From Eledone cirrhosa (lineage: Eukaryota): a DNA stretch of 64,000 bases. Shown here in pieces: positions 33,422 to 47,078 of this stretch. Each line of letters begins with the position of its first letter. Position 1 is the first letter of the stretch. The position numbers and the translations under genes were made by a program. Location: the NCBI GenBank assembly GCA_964016885.1, contig OZ024743.1, positions 350,610,001 through 350,674,000 on the forward strand, written 5' to 3'. Under the pieces are notes generated by a model. It had not been told where the DNA came from and searched no databases. It saw nothing but the letters and a program-made list of their open reading frames with translations.

Positions 33422-35423
33422 CACTTACAAATTATTAATATTAAGTGCTATTCACTTACAAATTATTAATATTAAGTGCTATTCACTTACAAATTATTAA
33501 TATTAAGTGCTGTTCACTTCCAAATTATTAATATTAAGTGCTGTTCACTTACAAATTATTAATATTAAGTGCTGTTCACTTACAAATTATTAATATTAAG
33601 TGCTGTTCACTTACAAATTATTAATATTAAGTGCTGTTCACTTACAAATTATTAATATTAAGTGCTATTCACTTACAAATTATTAATATTAAGTGCTGTT
33701 CACTTACAAATTATTAATATTAAGTGCTGTTCACTTACAAATTATTAATATTAAGTGCTATTCACTTACAAATTATTAATATTAAGTGCTGTTCACTTCC
33801 AAATTATTAATATTAAGTGCTGTTCACTTACAAATTATTAATATTAAGTGCTGTTCACTTACAAATTATTAATATTAAGTGCTGTTCACTTCCAAATTAT
33901 TAATATTAAGTGCTGTTCACTTCCAAATTATTAATATTAAGTGCTGTTCACTTACAAATTATTAATATTAAGTGCTATCCACTTCCAAATTATTAATATT
34001 AAGTGCTGTTCACTTCCAAATTATTAATATTAAGTGCTGTTCACTTACAAATTATTAATATTAAGTGCTGTTCACTTACAAATTATTAATATTAAGTGCT
34101 GTTCACTTCCAAATTATTAATATTAAGTGCTGTTCACTTACAAATTATTAATATTAAGTGCTGTTCACTTACAAATTATTAATATTAAGTGCTGTTCACT
34201 TACAAATTATTAATATTAAGTGCTATTCACTTACAAATTATTAATATTAAGTGCTGTTCACTTACAAATTATTAATATTAAGTGCTGTTCACTTACAAAT
34301 TATTAATATTAAGTGCTGTTCACTTACAAATTATTAATATTAAGTGCTGTTCACTTACAAATTATTAATATTAAGTGCTATTCACTTACAAATTATTAAT
34401 ATTAAGTGCTGTTCACTTCCAAATTATTAATATTAAGTGCTGTTCACTTACAAATTATTAATATTAAGTGCTGTTCACTTACAAATTATTAATATTAAGT
34501 GCTGTTCACTTACAAATTATTAATATTAAGTGCTGTTCACTTACAAATTATTAATATTAAGTGCTATTCACTTACAAATTATTAATATTAAGTGCTGTTC
34601 ACTTCCAAATTATTAATATTAAGTGCTGTTCACTTACAAATTATTAATATTAAGTGCTGTTCACTTACAAATTATTAATATTAAGTGCTGTTCACTTACA
34701 AATTATTAATATTAAGTGCTATTCACTTACAAATTATTAATATTAAGTGCTGTTCACTTACAAATTATTAATATTAAGTGCTGTTCACTTACAAATTATT
34801 AATATTAAGTGCTGTTCACTTACAAATTATTAATATTAAGTGCTGTTCACTTACAAATTATTAATATTAAGTGCTATTCACTTACAAATTATTAATATTA
34901 AGTGCTGTTCACTTCCAAATTATTAATATTAAGTGCTGTTCACTTACAAATTATTAATATTAAGTGCTGTTCACTTACAAATTATTAATATTAAGTGCTG
35001 TTCACTTACAAATTATTAATATTAAGTGCTGTTCACTTACAAATTATTAATATTAAGTGCTATTCACTTACAAATTATTAATATTAAGTGCTGTTCACTT
35101 ACAAATTATTAATATTAAGTGCTGTTCACTTACAAATTATTAATATTAAGTGCTGTTCACTTACAAATTATTAATATTAAGTGCTGTTCACTTACAAATT
35201 ATTAATATTAAGTGCTGTTCACTTACAAATTATTAATATTAAGTGCTGTTCACTTACAAATTATTAATATTAAGTGCTATTCACTTACAAATTATTAATA
35301 TTAAGTGCTGTTCACTTACAAATTATTAATATTAAGTGCTGTTCACTTACAAATTATTAATATTAAGTGTTGTTCACTTACAAATTATTAATATTAAGTG
35401 CTTTTCACTTACAAATTATTAAT
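33422..35423. repeat. 31-bp minisatellite, about 65 copies
   Basis: Unit CACTTACAAATTATTAATATTAAGTGCTGTT, with G/A and A/C single-base variants. Confidence 0.98.
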
Positions 35424-35452
35424 GTCATTGTTTCTCTGCTCTATACTTTCAG

Positions 35453-35654
35453 ATCCCCGCAGATTTCCTGAACCCCAGCATGGCCTGGTTAACTGCTCTT
35501 GGTATGCCCCAAATGCTTGTTGCAAACGAACAGAAGTGACATCTGTCTTCAGTAACATGTACCCTTTATATGGGGCCTCTAAAGCTTGTATGAACAAAAT
35601 GAATTATTTAATGTGCTACTTCTGTAGTCCAGAACAAGGTGTTTGGTACCATGG
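35453..35654 (+). CDS. Exon 2 of folate-receptor-family protein
   Basis: Acceptor TTTCAG|AT and donor GG|GTAAGT (phase 2). Encodes PRRFPEPQHGLVNCSWYAPNACCKR..SKACMNKMNYLMCYFCSPEQGVWYH. Confidence 0.92.
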
Positions 35655-36389
35655 GTAAGTGACATCATTTAACCTCTTCAACCTCTCCCCAATCATCATC
35701 ATCATCATCATTATTATTTTACATCCACTTACCATGGTGGCATGAGTAGATGGGTCATCACAGTCCTAACCAGGTCTTATTAACCTTTCTAGACTTCTCA
35801 GAAGGTCCAACTACTTTACTTTACAGGTCTTCTCACCCTAATGTCATATCTGTTTGGTAACCAACCACTTTACAGAGTTTACTGGGTGCATTTTATCATA
35901 ACAGCAACACCAGTGAGGTTGGTTTACATTTTGCAAGACTATTAACTATTGCAAAATGAGGCATTTAAAAAAAAAGGTAATAGCACATTCAAAAGTGTAG
36001 TCCTAGATACACAATGGCTGAAAACGTTTATGAGGGTCACAACAGGCATGCATCTGATTATAGGTCCACAGTATCGAGGCTGACCTGAGGCTAAGAAACA
36101 TCTACCTCTATTATTGTAAACTAAAAGGGGAGATTCTATGGAAGAGGGTTGATCTAGGAATAGCAGCTAAATACCCCTCAATTCACACACTAAGCTCTTG
36201 AAACAAAGGAAGAACATTCTTGATAATGTTGTCCTAGATGCTTAAAAAGGGAGAATGAGATGGTCTTGGCTGGAATGCCTCTGATCATAGATTTGCTGGA
36301 ACAGTTTTGATCTAGGGTTAAACAGCATCAACAACTATTACTAAAATGATGTTTTACAGCTCAGGATAACTGAATGACTTATGAGGGCC

Positions 36390-37330
36390 ATATAAACCAT
36401 GTACAAAGTCACAGTCAGCAAAGTGAAAGTTTACAAAGAGTATAATGATGAAATTAACATGCAGGTAGGAATCTGTCATGGATTACTACCAAGCATCTTC
36501 TTGTTTAAAAACTAAATACCCATAGGAACTCCTGTGTGATAACCTAGCCCATATAGAAGAGTTACAAAAGAAATTCCAGATTTGGAAGCAAAACCAGACA
36601 GTAAACTAAGCAAAGACTGAAGTTTTAGTTAGTAAGAAATATGTTACGACTCTGCTACCATCAGGGAAATCGACATGCTCAGTATGTAGAAAAGGAGTAG
36701 ATAGTGACTGAATATGGTGTACTTCATGTGCAAGATGTGTAGTGGGATCATATGTGACAGGTGCACAGGAATAGTCAACAGTAATGTTACTCATGAAATG
36801 AACTCCTTCAAATGCTCAGAAGGCACATTAGAAGTAGTAAATAGCTTTTGCTATCTAGGTGACCTCATTTGCAGCTGGGATGAATATACCAAAAGTGTTG
36901 TAGCCAGAATAAAAACGAGCAGTTACAACTGCTTGGCAATAAAAGGCTTTGCTCTCAGAGTGAAGAGCCAATTGTATGGTGCTAGTGTTCATACTGCTAT
37001 GTTACATAGCAGCAAAATTTGGGCCATAAGTGCAAAATATTTGTGACTGCTAGAAAGTAATGAAGCAAGCATACTCTGCTGGATGTGAAATGTTAAATGA
37101 AGCACAAATGATCTGAAAAAAAAGGAATCAGTTCTAGTATGCATGAAAGATGATTGCACTAGTATGGGCATATGCTGCATATAAAAATGTGCCAAGCTCT
37201 CAAAGTAGGCAGAACCTCTAGAAGAGTGAGACCAAGGAAGACATGGGATGAAGTCATGAAGAATGACCCCAAGAAACTGAACTTCATGAGGGAGATGACA
37301 CAAGATTGAGTTGAATTGCAGCATGTTGTG
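36390..37330 (+). mobile_element. Degraded RTE LINE (family A) fragment
   Basis: LEVVNSFCYLGD, VHTAMLHSSKIW and GRPRKTWDE remnants with many stop codons. Confidence 0.75.
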
Positions 37331-39589
37331 GTCCTGTGTAGAATTTGACGATCTCTCTAGTGTTGGTGCCATGATAAAATGTACGCAATACACTCCATAA
37401 AATGGTTAGCAATTGAATGGAAATGATATAGAGTAGAGAGAACACTTCAGAGATTGTCATTTACTTGTTAATAAACAAGTAAATGACAATCTCTTTAGAG
37501 CTGGTGCTATGATTAAATATACCCAGTATACACTGTAAAGTGATTGGTGTTAGGAAGGGCATACACCCATACAAACCATGCTAAAATATGGAATATATTA
37601 GCAAGATGTAGTCTCTCCTACTCATTGTGTCTCTCTCTCTCTATATATATATATATATCATCATCATCATCATCATTTTTACGTCTGCTTTTCCCTGCTT
37701 GCAAGGGCATAGACCTCTATATACATATATCTATACACACATGAGAGAAAGGATCTAAAGTACATATATGTAATGTATACATATGAGTCTACACCCACAT
37801 ACATGCAAGTACAAACATAATAGCATAATGTTTTTCATACTTGTTTGGTGTTAGGAAGGGCATCCAGCTGTAGAAATCAAGCCAAAATCAGTTCCTGTAT
37901 GAGCAAGGCATGGTCAGCCGACCAGACACTGCCCACAACAGGACAACCCGTCTAACCCATGCTAGCATGGAAGAACGGACGTAAAACGGTGATGATGATG
38001 ATGATGATGATGATGATGTTTAAATTTTCACAGCAGTGTTTATAAACTGTATTTATATCTATATCAAATTTATGTTAGATTTTCTAACATGCTGTGTTGT
38101 GCATAGATATTTATTATTTTTTTATCTATGTTGTGTATGCACATAATGCAAATTAGATTGACCATTCAGTTAAGTCTTAGTTTGTATTTGCTATATATAT
38201 ATAGTGTTTCATTACATATCTTTTTGTGAATAGAAGGATAATAGTACTTGTAATCTGATGAATGACCAATTAGCTGTGAAACATGTAAAGGCAATCTTTA
38301 TGTTTTTCTGTGATGAAAGTGAATAACTGAATGTTTTTCATATTTGTTTGAATTCCCACTGTGGAGCTTATAAACTAATTTTACCTACATTAAATTTATC
38401 TTTTATACATACATACACAGACATACATACATTCACATACATACACACATGCATGCATACACACACATACACAATATTATAAGAAGCATTTTACATCCAT
38501 AGTTCATCTTTTTATGCTGGCATGGGTTAGATAGGTTCTCAGTACTTGAGACTGGACAGACTGAATGTCTGGCCTAATGCTAAATACTTTACAGAGTGTA
38601 CTTGTATCTTTCTATCATAGCACCAACACTGTCACTTTATATGGCGAACAAGGTGCATTTTTCATTGCCCCAGAACTACCTCTTTACATTGCACCAGAAC
38701 TACCACTTTATCATTGCACCTGTACTAGAGTGGCTGTTATGTCCTCAGCATGGACCTGAGTTTCTACCACTTTATAGAATGTATTTGGAGTACTTTGTCG
38801 TGGCAGCAACATTAATGAGTTTACCTTGGGACCTGCCAGACTAAAGAATACTTCAACAAGGCAACATATTATCCTGAACTTGGATAGGGGTGGGAGTGAC
38901 AGAGTGAGGGGAGGATCAGTGTATGAGAGAGTAACAGAAAAAACTCAAGAATAGAAAAAAGGATGAGAGTAAGAGAAGGTCAAGTTGAGATGTATGGACA
39001 TAAATGGGTCTGATCCTCGTAAATAGCCGGAAAGAACGTAGATTGATGTGGTTGGTAGTGAAGTTGAATATAAACTGGACTAAAGACGCTCCCTGTAAAA
39101 TGAATAGCATTGTGGAACAAATAGGCAGGTAGGTTAGTGAGCATCAGAAGTAGAAATTCTCAGACAGATCTAATGCCATCTGTAAGTCACATGAACAGTA
39201 TGGTGCAGTGAGTATGATGGTGAGATTGTAAGAGTAAAGTGGATGAAAGAAGATCAGCTAGATGATGAAGATCAGCTAGATGATGGTTACTTAACCTAGA
39301 AACGCAAATGTAGACATACCTCCCAGCCTCCTCCTACTACAAGCATTAATAGGGTTCATTTTACTCTGCTTACATAGAAGGGTGAGTCTTCCTCTGAATC
39401 GCATGCTGCTAATCATCACAGTCCTTCATCAACTCTGTTGTGAGGTTTGGCTCCTTGAGGGTGGCCATCACCTCTATTTCTATTTTTCCTTGGTTTTTGT
39501 CTTCCTAAGGTTCTATCCTCTTTAAGTCCCCTTTATTCAGCCTCCATCTTTCATAGGCACCACCTACTCATTATATCTGATTTGTCTTA

Positions 39590-39975
39590 TACCCAGTTTT
39601 TCTGTCAGCTTGTTTGTACTGTCATTCATGCACACTAATATTACACACACACACCAGAGTATATTGGCTTCACTTTGTTCAAATCTTAGCAAATCCTTTT
39701 CTTTTATGGTGCATGTCTTGCTACCATACTTCATACACAAGTATCATACAATCTGCCTTTTGTTCAAAGAGAAAAACTATTTGTTGCTAGCTTTCTGAAC
39801 ATTTTCCAGCAGGTTCTTACCCTACCACCTCTTCTGCTAATTATTATTTAGGTAGTAAAAGCTGTCAACTACTTCTATAGTGCTGTCTGAGCATTTGAGA
39901 TAGTCTATTTCTCATGTGTTCTTAGTCCTTACCACCCCTGTGCATCTCCTGTATATGAAATTTACATTCTTTGTT
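39590..39975 (-). mobile_element. Degraded RTE LINE fragment
   Basis: Similarity to the 11.2-11.6 kb region (AAGCTGTCAACTACTTCTATAG). Confidence 0.55.
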
Positions 39976-40804
39976 AGCCTGCATGTAGGCCAACTACACA
40001 TATTTTAATGAAGATGAAGAAAAAAGATATAAAACAAGATGGTATAGGACAGAACAAAGGAGAGACACAAAATAACAAATTAGTCGCTGAGGAGGTCACA
40101 GAATGTGTGATGAAAGAGCTTTGACAACAAATAACCATCCCATTATTAAACCAACCAACTGGAAATTTATAATAAATTGAAGTGAAAACCCACAGGTGCA
40201 TGTGTTTTTATTGGTAGCATGACCCTCCCATATATATATACACTTAAGTATATATATATCATCATCATCATTTCATTTTACGTCCGCTTTTCCCTGCTTG
40301 CAAAGGTGGGACGGAAACTGATTCTGGCTTGATTTCTACAGCTGGATGCCCTTCCTAACACCAACCTCATTTACAGTGATGGGTGTTTTTTTTTTTTGCC
40401 GTGGAATGATATGGACCCCAGTCCCTATCATCTCATTTCTACAGCTGAGTAAACTGGAGCAATGTGAAATAAAGTGTCTTGCTCAAGGAAAACTATATAT
40501 ATATATATGTATTTATATATATAAATATTTATATATATAAATATTTATATACATATATATATGTATTTATATATATATATGTATTTATATATATATATAT
40601 ATGTATGTATTTATATATATATATATGTATGTATTTTTATATATATATACCCATTCTGCTTCTTCCCCTGCATAGAGTACTACTCTGATTTGTAGTCTCC
40701 CCAGTCTTGACACTGCACACTTTATATGTGTGTGCGTGTGTGTATATATACATAGATAAATTTATCATTTTATGAATACATAAACTTTTTCTAATGTTTT
40801 CCAG

Positions 40805-40884
40805 TAAAATGAGTGTATGTGAAGAATACTGCGTTGATATTTACAATGAATGTCGACAAGCTTCCTATGAGGGAACCGCTATAG
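40805..40884 (+). CDS. Exon 3 of folate-receptor-family protein
   Basis: CTAATGTTTTCCAG|T acceptor (GG+T gives Gly). Encodes KMSVCEEYCVDIYNECRQASYEGTAI. Donor G|GTAAGT is phase 1. Confidence 0.92.
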
Positions 40885-43800
40885 GTAAGTACATAGCTAT
40901 ATCTTTACTTGATTTCTTTTCAAGTTGCCATGTTAGAATTATACTAATTTGTCCTCTCAATAATAAAATTGCTAGACACAGCATTTCAGTGGGTTGTGAT
41001 GAAGATCAAAGCATCTGGCTTTGTCATCTAACAAATCATTGCATTCCTTCATTTCTGCTAATGGTGTTACACCACTGCCTGATACATGGGTATCGTTAGT
41101 GAGGAATCCACTCTACTGCAAGCATTTCAATGAAGTCCCAGTTTAAAGATAACATTATCCCTTCTTCTCACCAGTCTTGGAGGCACTGAAAAAGTTCTTC
41201 CACTGATAAGTCATTAGCCCTTTAAGCATTTAAACCAGCCATATCTGGCCAGAATTCTCCCACCTCTTTCTGTTCAAACCAGCCATAACCGGCTGCTCAT
41301 ACTTATGTTAAGGTATTGTTCTCAAAATCTTGTAGATTCGATATTATGTTAGGTAAAGCCTTTTCCACAAAAATACAATAGTATATATAGAGTAATGTAA
41401 ATGCTAAAAGGTTAAATTAAATTAAAAAGAAAAGCAGTATAATTCTTTTATTCTTGTGATTATACATAGTGGTAATTATTCTACATACAATGCAACATGA
41501 TTTGACACCCCCCCCCCCCCCCCCATCCCTCTTCATTGACATGTCTTATCATTTTGACCTCTCTTTCAGTGCATCTCTCTTTTATCATCATTCTGTAATT
41601 CTGTCTATCAGAAACATAAAACATGGCATGTTGTAATTTATTTTGCATATTTTCCAATCTAAATAGAGTTTACTGATGTGCTATTAATCAGCAAAAAATA
41701 CACAGAAATCTACATCATCATTATCATTTAACATCTGCTTTCCCTGCTAGCAAGGGTTGGACAGGTCATCACAGACCATGTCAGTACCCAAGCAGGACTA
41801 CTGATCTGTCGGATTGGCTGGGTGCCTGAATCTCACTTACATACATTTCTCAGATGTATGGGGCTTGCATCTTGCTTACATATGTTTCTGCACTCTGCTG
41901 AGTTCATTTTATTGTGATACCAGCACTATAGAGGCTGCCATGAGTTTGACACAAATGAAGAGACCCCCCCCCCCAATGCTTTGTTTGGCAGGTATTTTTA
42001 GGGCTGGATGCCCTTCCTATCACCAACCACTTTACAGAATGTAATGGGTGCATTTCTCATGTAGATCACCAATATTAAAGATGTTGTTGTGCTCTTGGCA
42101 CAACTGAAAAGGTCTCTTGACCCATTTTGACATGGTTTCCACTGTGAGATGCCTTTTCTATTACCAACCTTATTATAAGATATACTGGGTGAATGTTTAA
42201 TGCCACCAGCACTAGAGATGTTATCAAGTTTTGACTGAATTCATTTATACCTAAAAAGGAATCTGTTCGGTGATAAACATATATTTTGATTATGATAGAT
42301 AAATATATCTTTGATAAACAAATTTTTCTGTTTGGTAAACAAATCGGTCTCTTTGATACACATATCCCTTTGTCTATTTCATTGGTAAATTTGTCTATTT
42401 GATAGACAAGTCTACCTGATTATGTTGATTCATCAACATCATTATCATCACCATCATCATCAACATTATCATCATCATTATTTTTACGTCCATTTTTCCA
42501 TGCTGGCATAAGTTGGGAAAAACTTTTTAAAGCAGAATTTTGTGACTTGATGCCAAGCTGTATTTGGTTTTACTTTTATAAGTAACATGATCTTTACATG
42601 TTGGACTTCTGAGCCAAAGGACATTTGTTTATGCAGGACACAAACAAACATCACTGGAGACAAGCACACATGACACGGAGGCAAACACATATACACACAC
42701 ACATGCACACACTCACACACACTTACATCATCATCATAATCACTTTTACATCCTCTTATTCCTAATGGTGGTGTATATGAAAGCATATACAATAAACACA
42801 CAAAAGTCTTACCATAAATGTTTTAACCATGTCACAACTATATCAGTAGCTGGTGGGAAAGCCAGACAGCTGTTTCTGGATTTTTATCTTTCATTGGTGA
42901 CATTTACTTACGTGGTACTGAAACGAAAATAGGCTAATCCCTATATGGTTTTGCATAGAAAACATCAGCTGGGGATGCTCATTTGCATATAGTGTGAATT
43001 TAACTGGTTAGGATTAATTATCAGTAGCTTTAACTTAGTGTAGCTCAAATGGTGGGTGTATATGAAAGCATATACAATATGTTCATGTACAAGAATGTTA
43101 CTATGAATGTTTCATGAATCTTTTTCATGCTGGCATAGGTTGGACGAATTTTTTGAGGCAGCAATTTCAGAGCCAGATGCTTTATATTTTCAAGTATAGT
43201 ATATACCACTCATTTTTGTTCACCCCATTAGCTGGGACATATTGTTTATGTGGGTTATAAAAAACATCCCTGCTTACTTTATATGATATATATATATGAA
43301 TCACACACACACACACATACATCATCATTATCATCAATTTTATATCCCACTTTCCTTTGTAATATGGGCTGAAAAAGAGATTTTGTGGCAGAATTCTACT
43401 GTCAGATTCCCTTCTGATGCCAACCATGATTTATTTTGTTAAGTAAAGAACTGATTTTCACACATCTAACTGCTGAGCAGTGAGATTTCTATTATGTGAA
43501 ATGTAAACATATATCATCACTTGTGATGTCAAATAAGAAGAAAAGACAAACACACAAACACTCATACATATATACATACATATACACGCACACACACTCA
43601 TACATACATACACATACACATGATGGCTGCCCCCTCATTATCGAGTATGGCCATTGCACGATATAACATTATTAATAATTATCAATTAATGCTATCATGC
43701 AATGCCTGTGTGTGAAGATTTTTTTAAAAGTGAGGAAAGACTGTGCACTGAACCAATCCCACTATCTGGGCTATAACCTGAAAAGAAGAAAAGATCAACA

Positions 43801-44329
43801 TCATCAGTAACTACAGAGCCGCAGGTTTTATCTCGGAATTATCCCAGTTTCCTGAGTTGCCTTTTCCTAAAAGAGTGCCCTGAGGAAGGCTAGGGGTCCT
43901 TCATTCGCAGTGGTTTAACCGCACGATCAGGTATCCAGTCCGATTATTTCTATGTCCCCGTGCATATATACACATATGTATACATGTACATGTATATACA
44001 TATACACATGTATATACATATTTACACATTTTTGATGGCCTATGACTCATGAGTTCTTTCACCCTTTGTCAGGTTTTGCTTTTTGTCCTGCAGGGTGTTC
44101 AAAATCATCCTCTTCACCAAGTAAACTTGGTGGGGTTGCCGGTTTAGTCGCCAACAACCCGACTATGGGACAGGTTGTACTGGGTTACATGTTACCTATA
44201 GCACTCAAGAGTGACCCGACATATACACATACATATACACACACACACATGTGTCTGATTGGGCAGGGCTCTCACTAACTATGCACATATTAAATCAAAT
44301 AATTTAGGATGGCATCATAGCTCATGACT

Positions 44330-44900
44330 AGCAAAGCATCATCATTGTCAACTGCTACAAAAGCAAAGGAAATACACTAATCAATGGAAACTACAGAGGC
44401 ATCAAGTTGATCAACCAGGTTATAAAAGTTACTGAAAGAGTTATTGCAAACTAACTTGAGATAGATTTAACATAGACAACATGCAGTTTGGCTTAGTGCT
44501 TGGTAAAAGTACCACAGATTCCCTCTTCTTTGTGAGACAGTTGTAGACGGAATACATAGCTAAGAGTAAGCCCCTCTATATAGCATTTGTTTATCTGGAA
44601 AAAAGCTTTAAACAGGATTCCCTGCTCCATTATCTGGAGGGCTCTTGGGAAACTAGGGGTAAAAGAATATTGTCCTTCAGGCCATAACAGAGGAGTTTAA
44701 AACTGGCTGCCCTTGGGTACCCTGATATGCATATGGACTAGTCCTCATAGCTGAAACCATGGCAGAACTAGAGATGAAATAACAGAGACGGAAGCAAGAC
44801 CTAGAAACAAAAGGCCTCACTGTCAACTTAGCAAACACCAAAGTTCTAGTAAATAGAAAAGAAAACAGGACCCTGATTCCTTCAGGTAAATGGCCTTGCT
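44330..44900 (+). mobile_element. Degraded RTE LINE RT fragment
   Basis: NYRGIKLINQV, MQFGLVLGKSTT, FKTGCPW and PSGKWPC remnants. Confidence 0.8.
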
Positions 44901-45377
44901 AGGAGCTATTTTTAGCATTCTTTATGGCCTGTCCTGTCACATCTACTTTTCTGTTAAACATTATTTTAGCACCGAGTGTAGCACATTTATAATTTTCTCC
45001 GGAGAAGATAGCTGGTAGATAGAATAGTTTATATAAGACCAATTCCCACTAATGAGAAAAATTGCAATCTTAGAGGTGCTAATTATCAAGTTTGGTAATT
45101 GGTTATTGATACAGATAGCTAAGATTGATTACTTGTGCCTCGATTTTTTTAAACAGATCTCTTAGAATGTTATCATTCCATCCTTAGGTAAATTTTTTTA
45201 CTTACTATATTTTCCTTTGGGCCTACTAATTAGAAATTTTTAATTTCCCATCATATGTTCTATATATATGTTCTATATACATGTACTAAATACTAGCAGT
45301 TTCTCAATTGATATTATCAATATGTACTTCTTTATATATCTTTTAAACTTATTGTAAGTATAGATAGATAGATAGAT

Positions 45378-46310
45378 ATCATTATCATCATCGTCACTAT
45401 TTAACGTCCATTTTCCACACTAGCACGAGTTAAAGGAGTTGTCCCATTGTGAGACAAGTCAGAGCAGATTATTTTTTCTTGCTTATACAGTACTGTTTCT
45501 GGCTTGGTTTCTTTAGCTGGATGCTCTTGCTAAAGTCAACCACATTTACAGAGTGGACTGAGTGCTTTTTATTGTGGCACCAACACAATATCCTTATAGA
45601 GTGGACTGAGTGCTTTTTATTGTGGCACCAAAATGACCAACTGACAGGTTTGACTGGGTACTTTTTTATCATGTCACCAACACAATATCCTTATAGAGTG
45701 GACAGGGTGCTTTTTGTCATGTCACCAATGCTACTACTTCACAGGGTAGGCTGAGTTCTTTTTGTCGTGTCACCAAATGACCACCTTACAGGGTCGACCA
45801 ACAGCATTGTGGGTGTGCATGCCCAGCTTTTCATGCTTGTATGTATGGGTTGGACAAGAGTGGTGTATCAGATTTGGAAGGTAGGAGGTTAAGATATGGG
45901 AGGTGTATAGACTGGGGAGAGGAGAAGATTTAGTGCATACTAATGTCCTCTATGATATTTGTTTCATCCTGTGCACATATCACCAGAGATCTCAATCCTA
46001 TGTCATGGCCTTTGAGAGGTTTAATTGTGTCGGGTCAGATTTTATCATTTCATCCCATGCTTTCCTAGATCATCCTCTTCCATAGTTTTTTTCAACTTCA
46101 AGGGCCCTGCAAAATTTATACACCTGTCCTCCTGCAATTGAATCACATGCCCATGCCACTGCAATCTCCTCTCCTGCACACAGCATCAGACCCCTCTTAT
46201 GCCCAGTTTCTCTCTCAGTTTATTTACACTTCCCCATTCATGTATCTTACAATTAAACATCCCTCGAAGCATGCAATCTTCACTTCTTTCCAATCTTTGT
46301 AGGTCCTCTT
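45378..46310 (-). mobile_element. RTE LINE 3' fragment with tandemly repeated 3'UTR motif
   Basis: LQRLERSEDCMLR..LREKLGIRG. AGAGTGGACTGAGTGCTTTTTATTGTGGCACCAA is repeated about five times at 45549-45800. Confidence 0.7.
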
Positions 46311-46849
46311 CATTCTCCTCATTCATTCTCCCGTCGAAGCAGCAAGAGCTCAGCCATCGAGCCCCAAATCTCTCTAATCTAATATATATGTGTGTGTGTA
46401 TATAATTATTGAAAACAAAACAAGGTTTCACATTAAGGTCTTAATTGATACATAGTTACAACCGTTTATATATACACACACACATTTGATTGACAAATTC
46501 ACTCATAAGGCATTATTTACCCTGAGTCTATATTAGAGTACATTTGACTACGGTGTTGCTCTGTGAGATAGAACCCTAGACTACATGGTTGCAAAGCAAA
46601 CTTCTTAACCACATAGCCATATCTGCACAATGCCATGCCAGTGCCTCAACTTACCCAAAGTACCACACAGTGTGGTCAAACCCCAAACCACAGAAAAATG
46701 AAAATTAAAAAAGACTTTACTATTCTCAAAATTCCTAGCACCTTCTATGTCTTGCCACTAAGAGCTTGCTACTAAAATCATAAAATTGAATTAAAATAAT
46801 CTATATACATACAAGGCAAAAGGCAATCATCACACTCTACTTCTTCCTC

Positions 46850-47040
46850 TACCTCACCACTACCACCATCATCATCATCATAATCATCATCATAAGCATC
46901 ATCATCATCACCACCACCATCATCTTCATCATCGCCACCAACACCACCACCACCACTATCGTCATCATCAACACCACTGCCACCACCACCACCACCACCA
47001 CCACGACCTCCACCCTCATCATCATCATCATCATCATCAA
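46850..47040. repeat. (CAT/CAC)n trinucleotide tract upstream of exon 4
   Basis: Read directly from the sequence. Confidence 0.9.
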
Positions 47041-47078
47041 TATTTATAAACTAATGTTTTGCTTGTTTTCTTTTGCAG

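Noticed and set aside
33422-35423. CRISPR-like array
   Set aside because: Units are contiguous with no unique spacers, there are no cas genes, and the context is eukaryotic.
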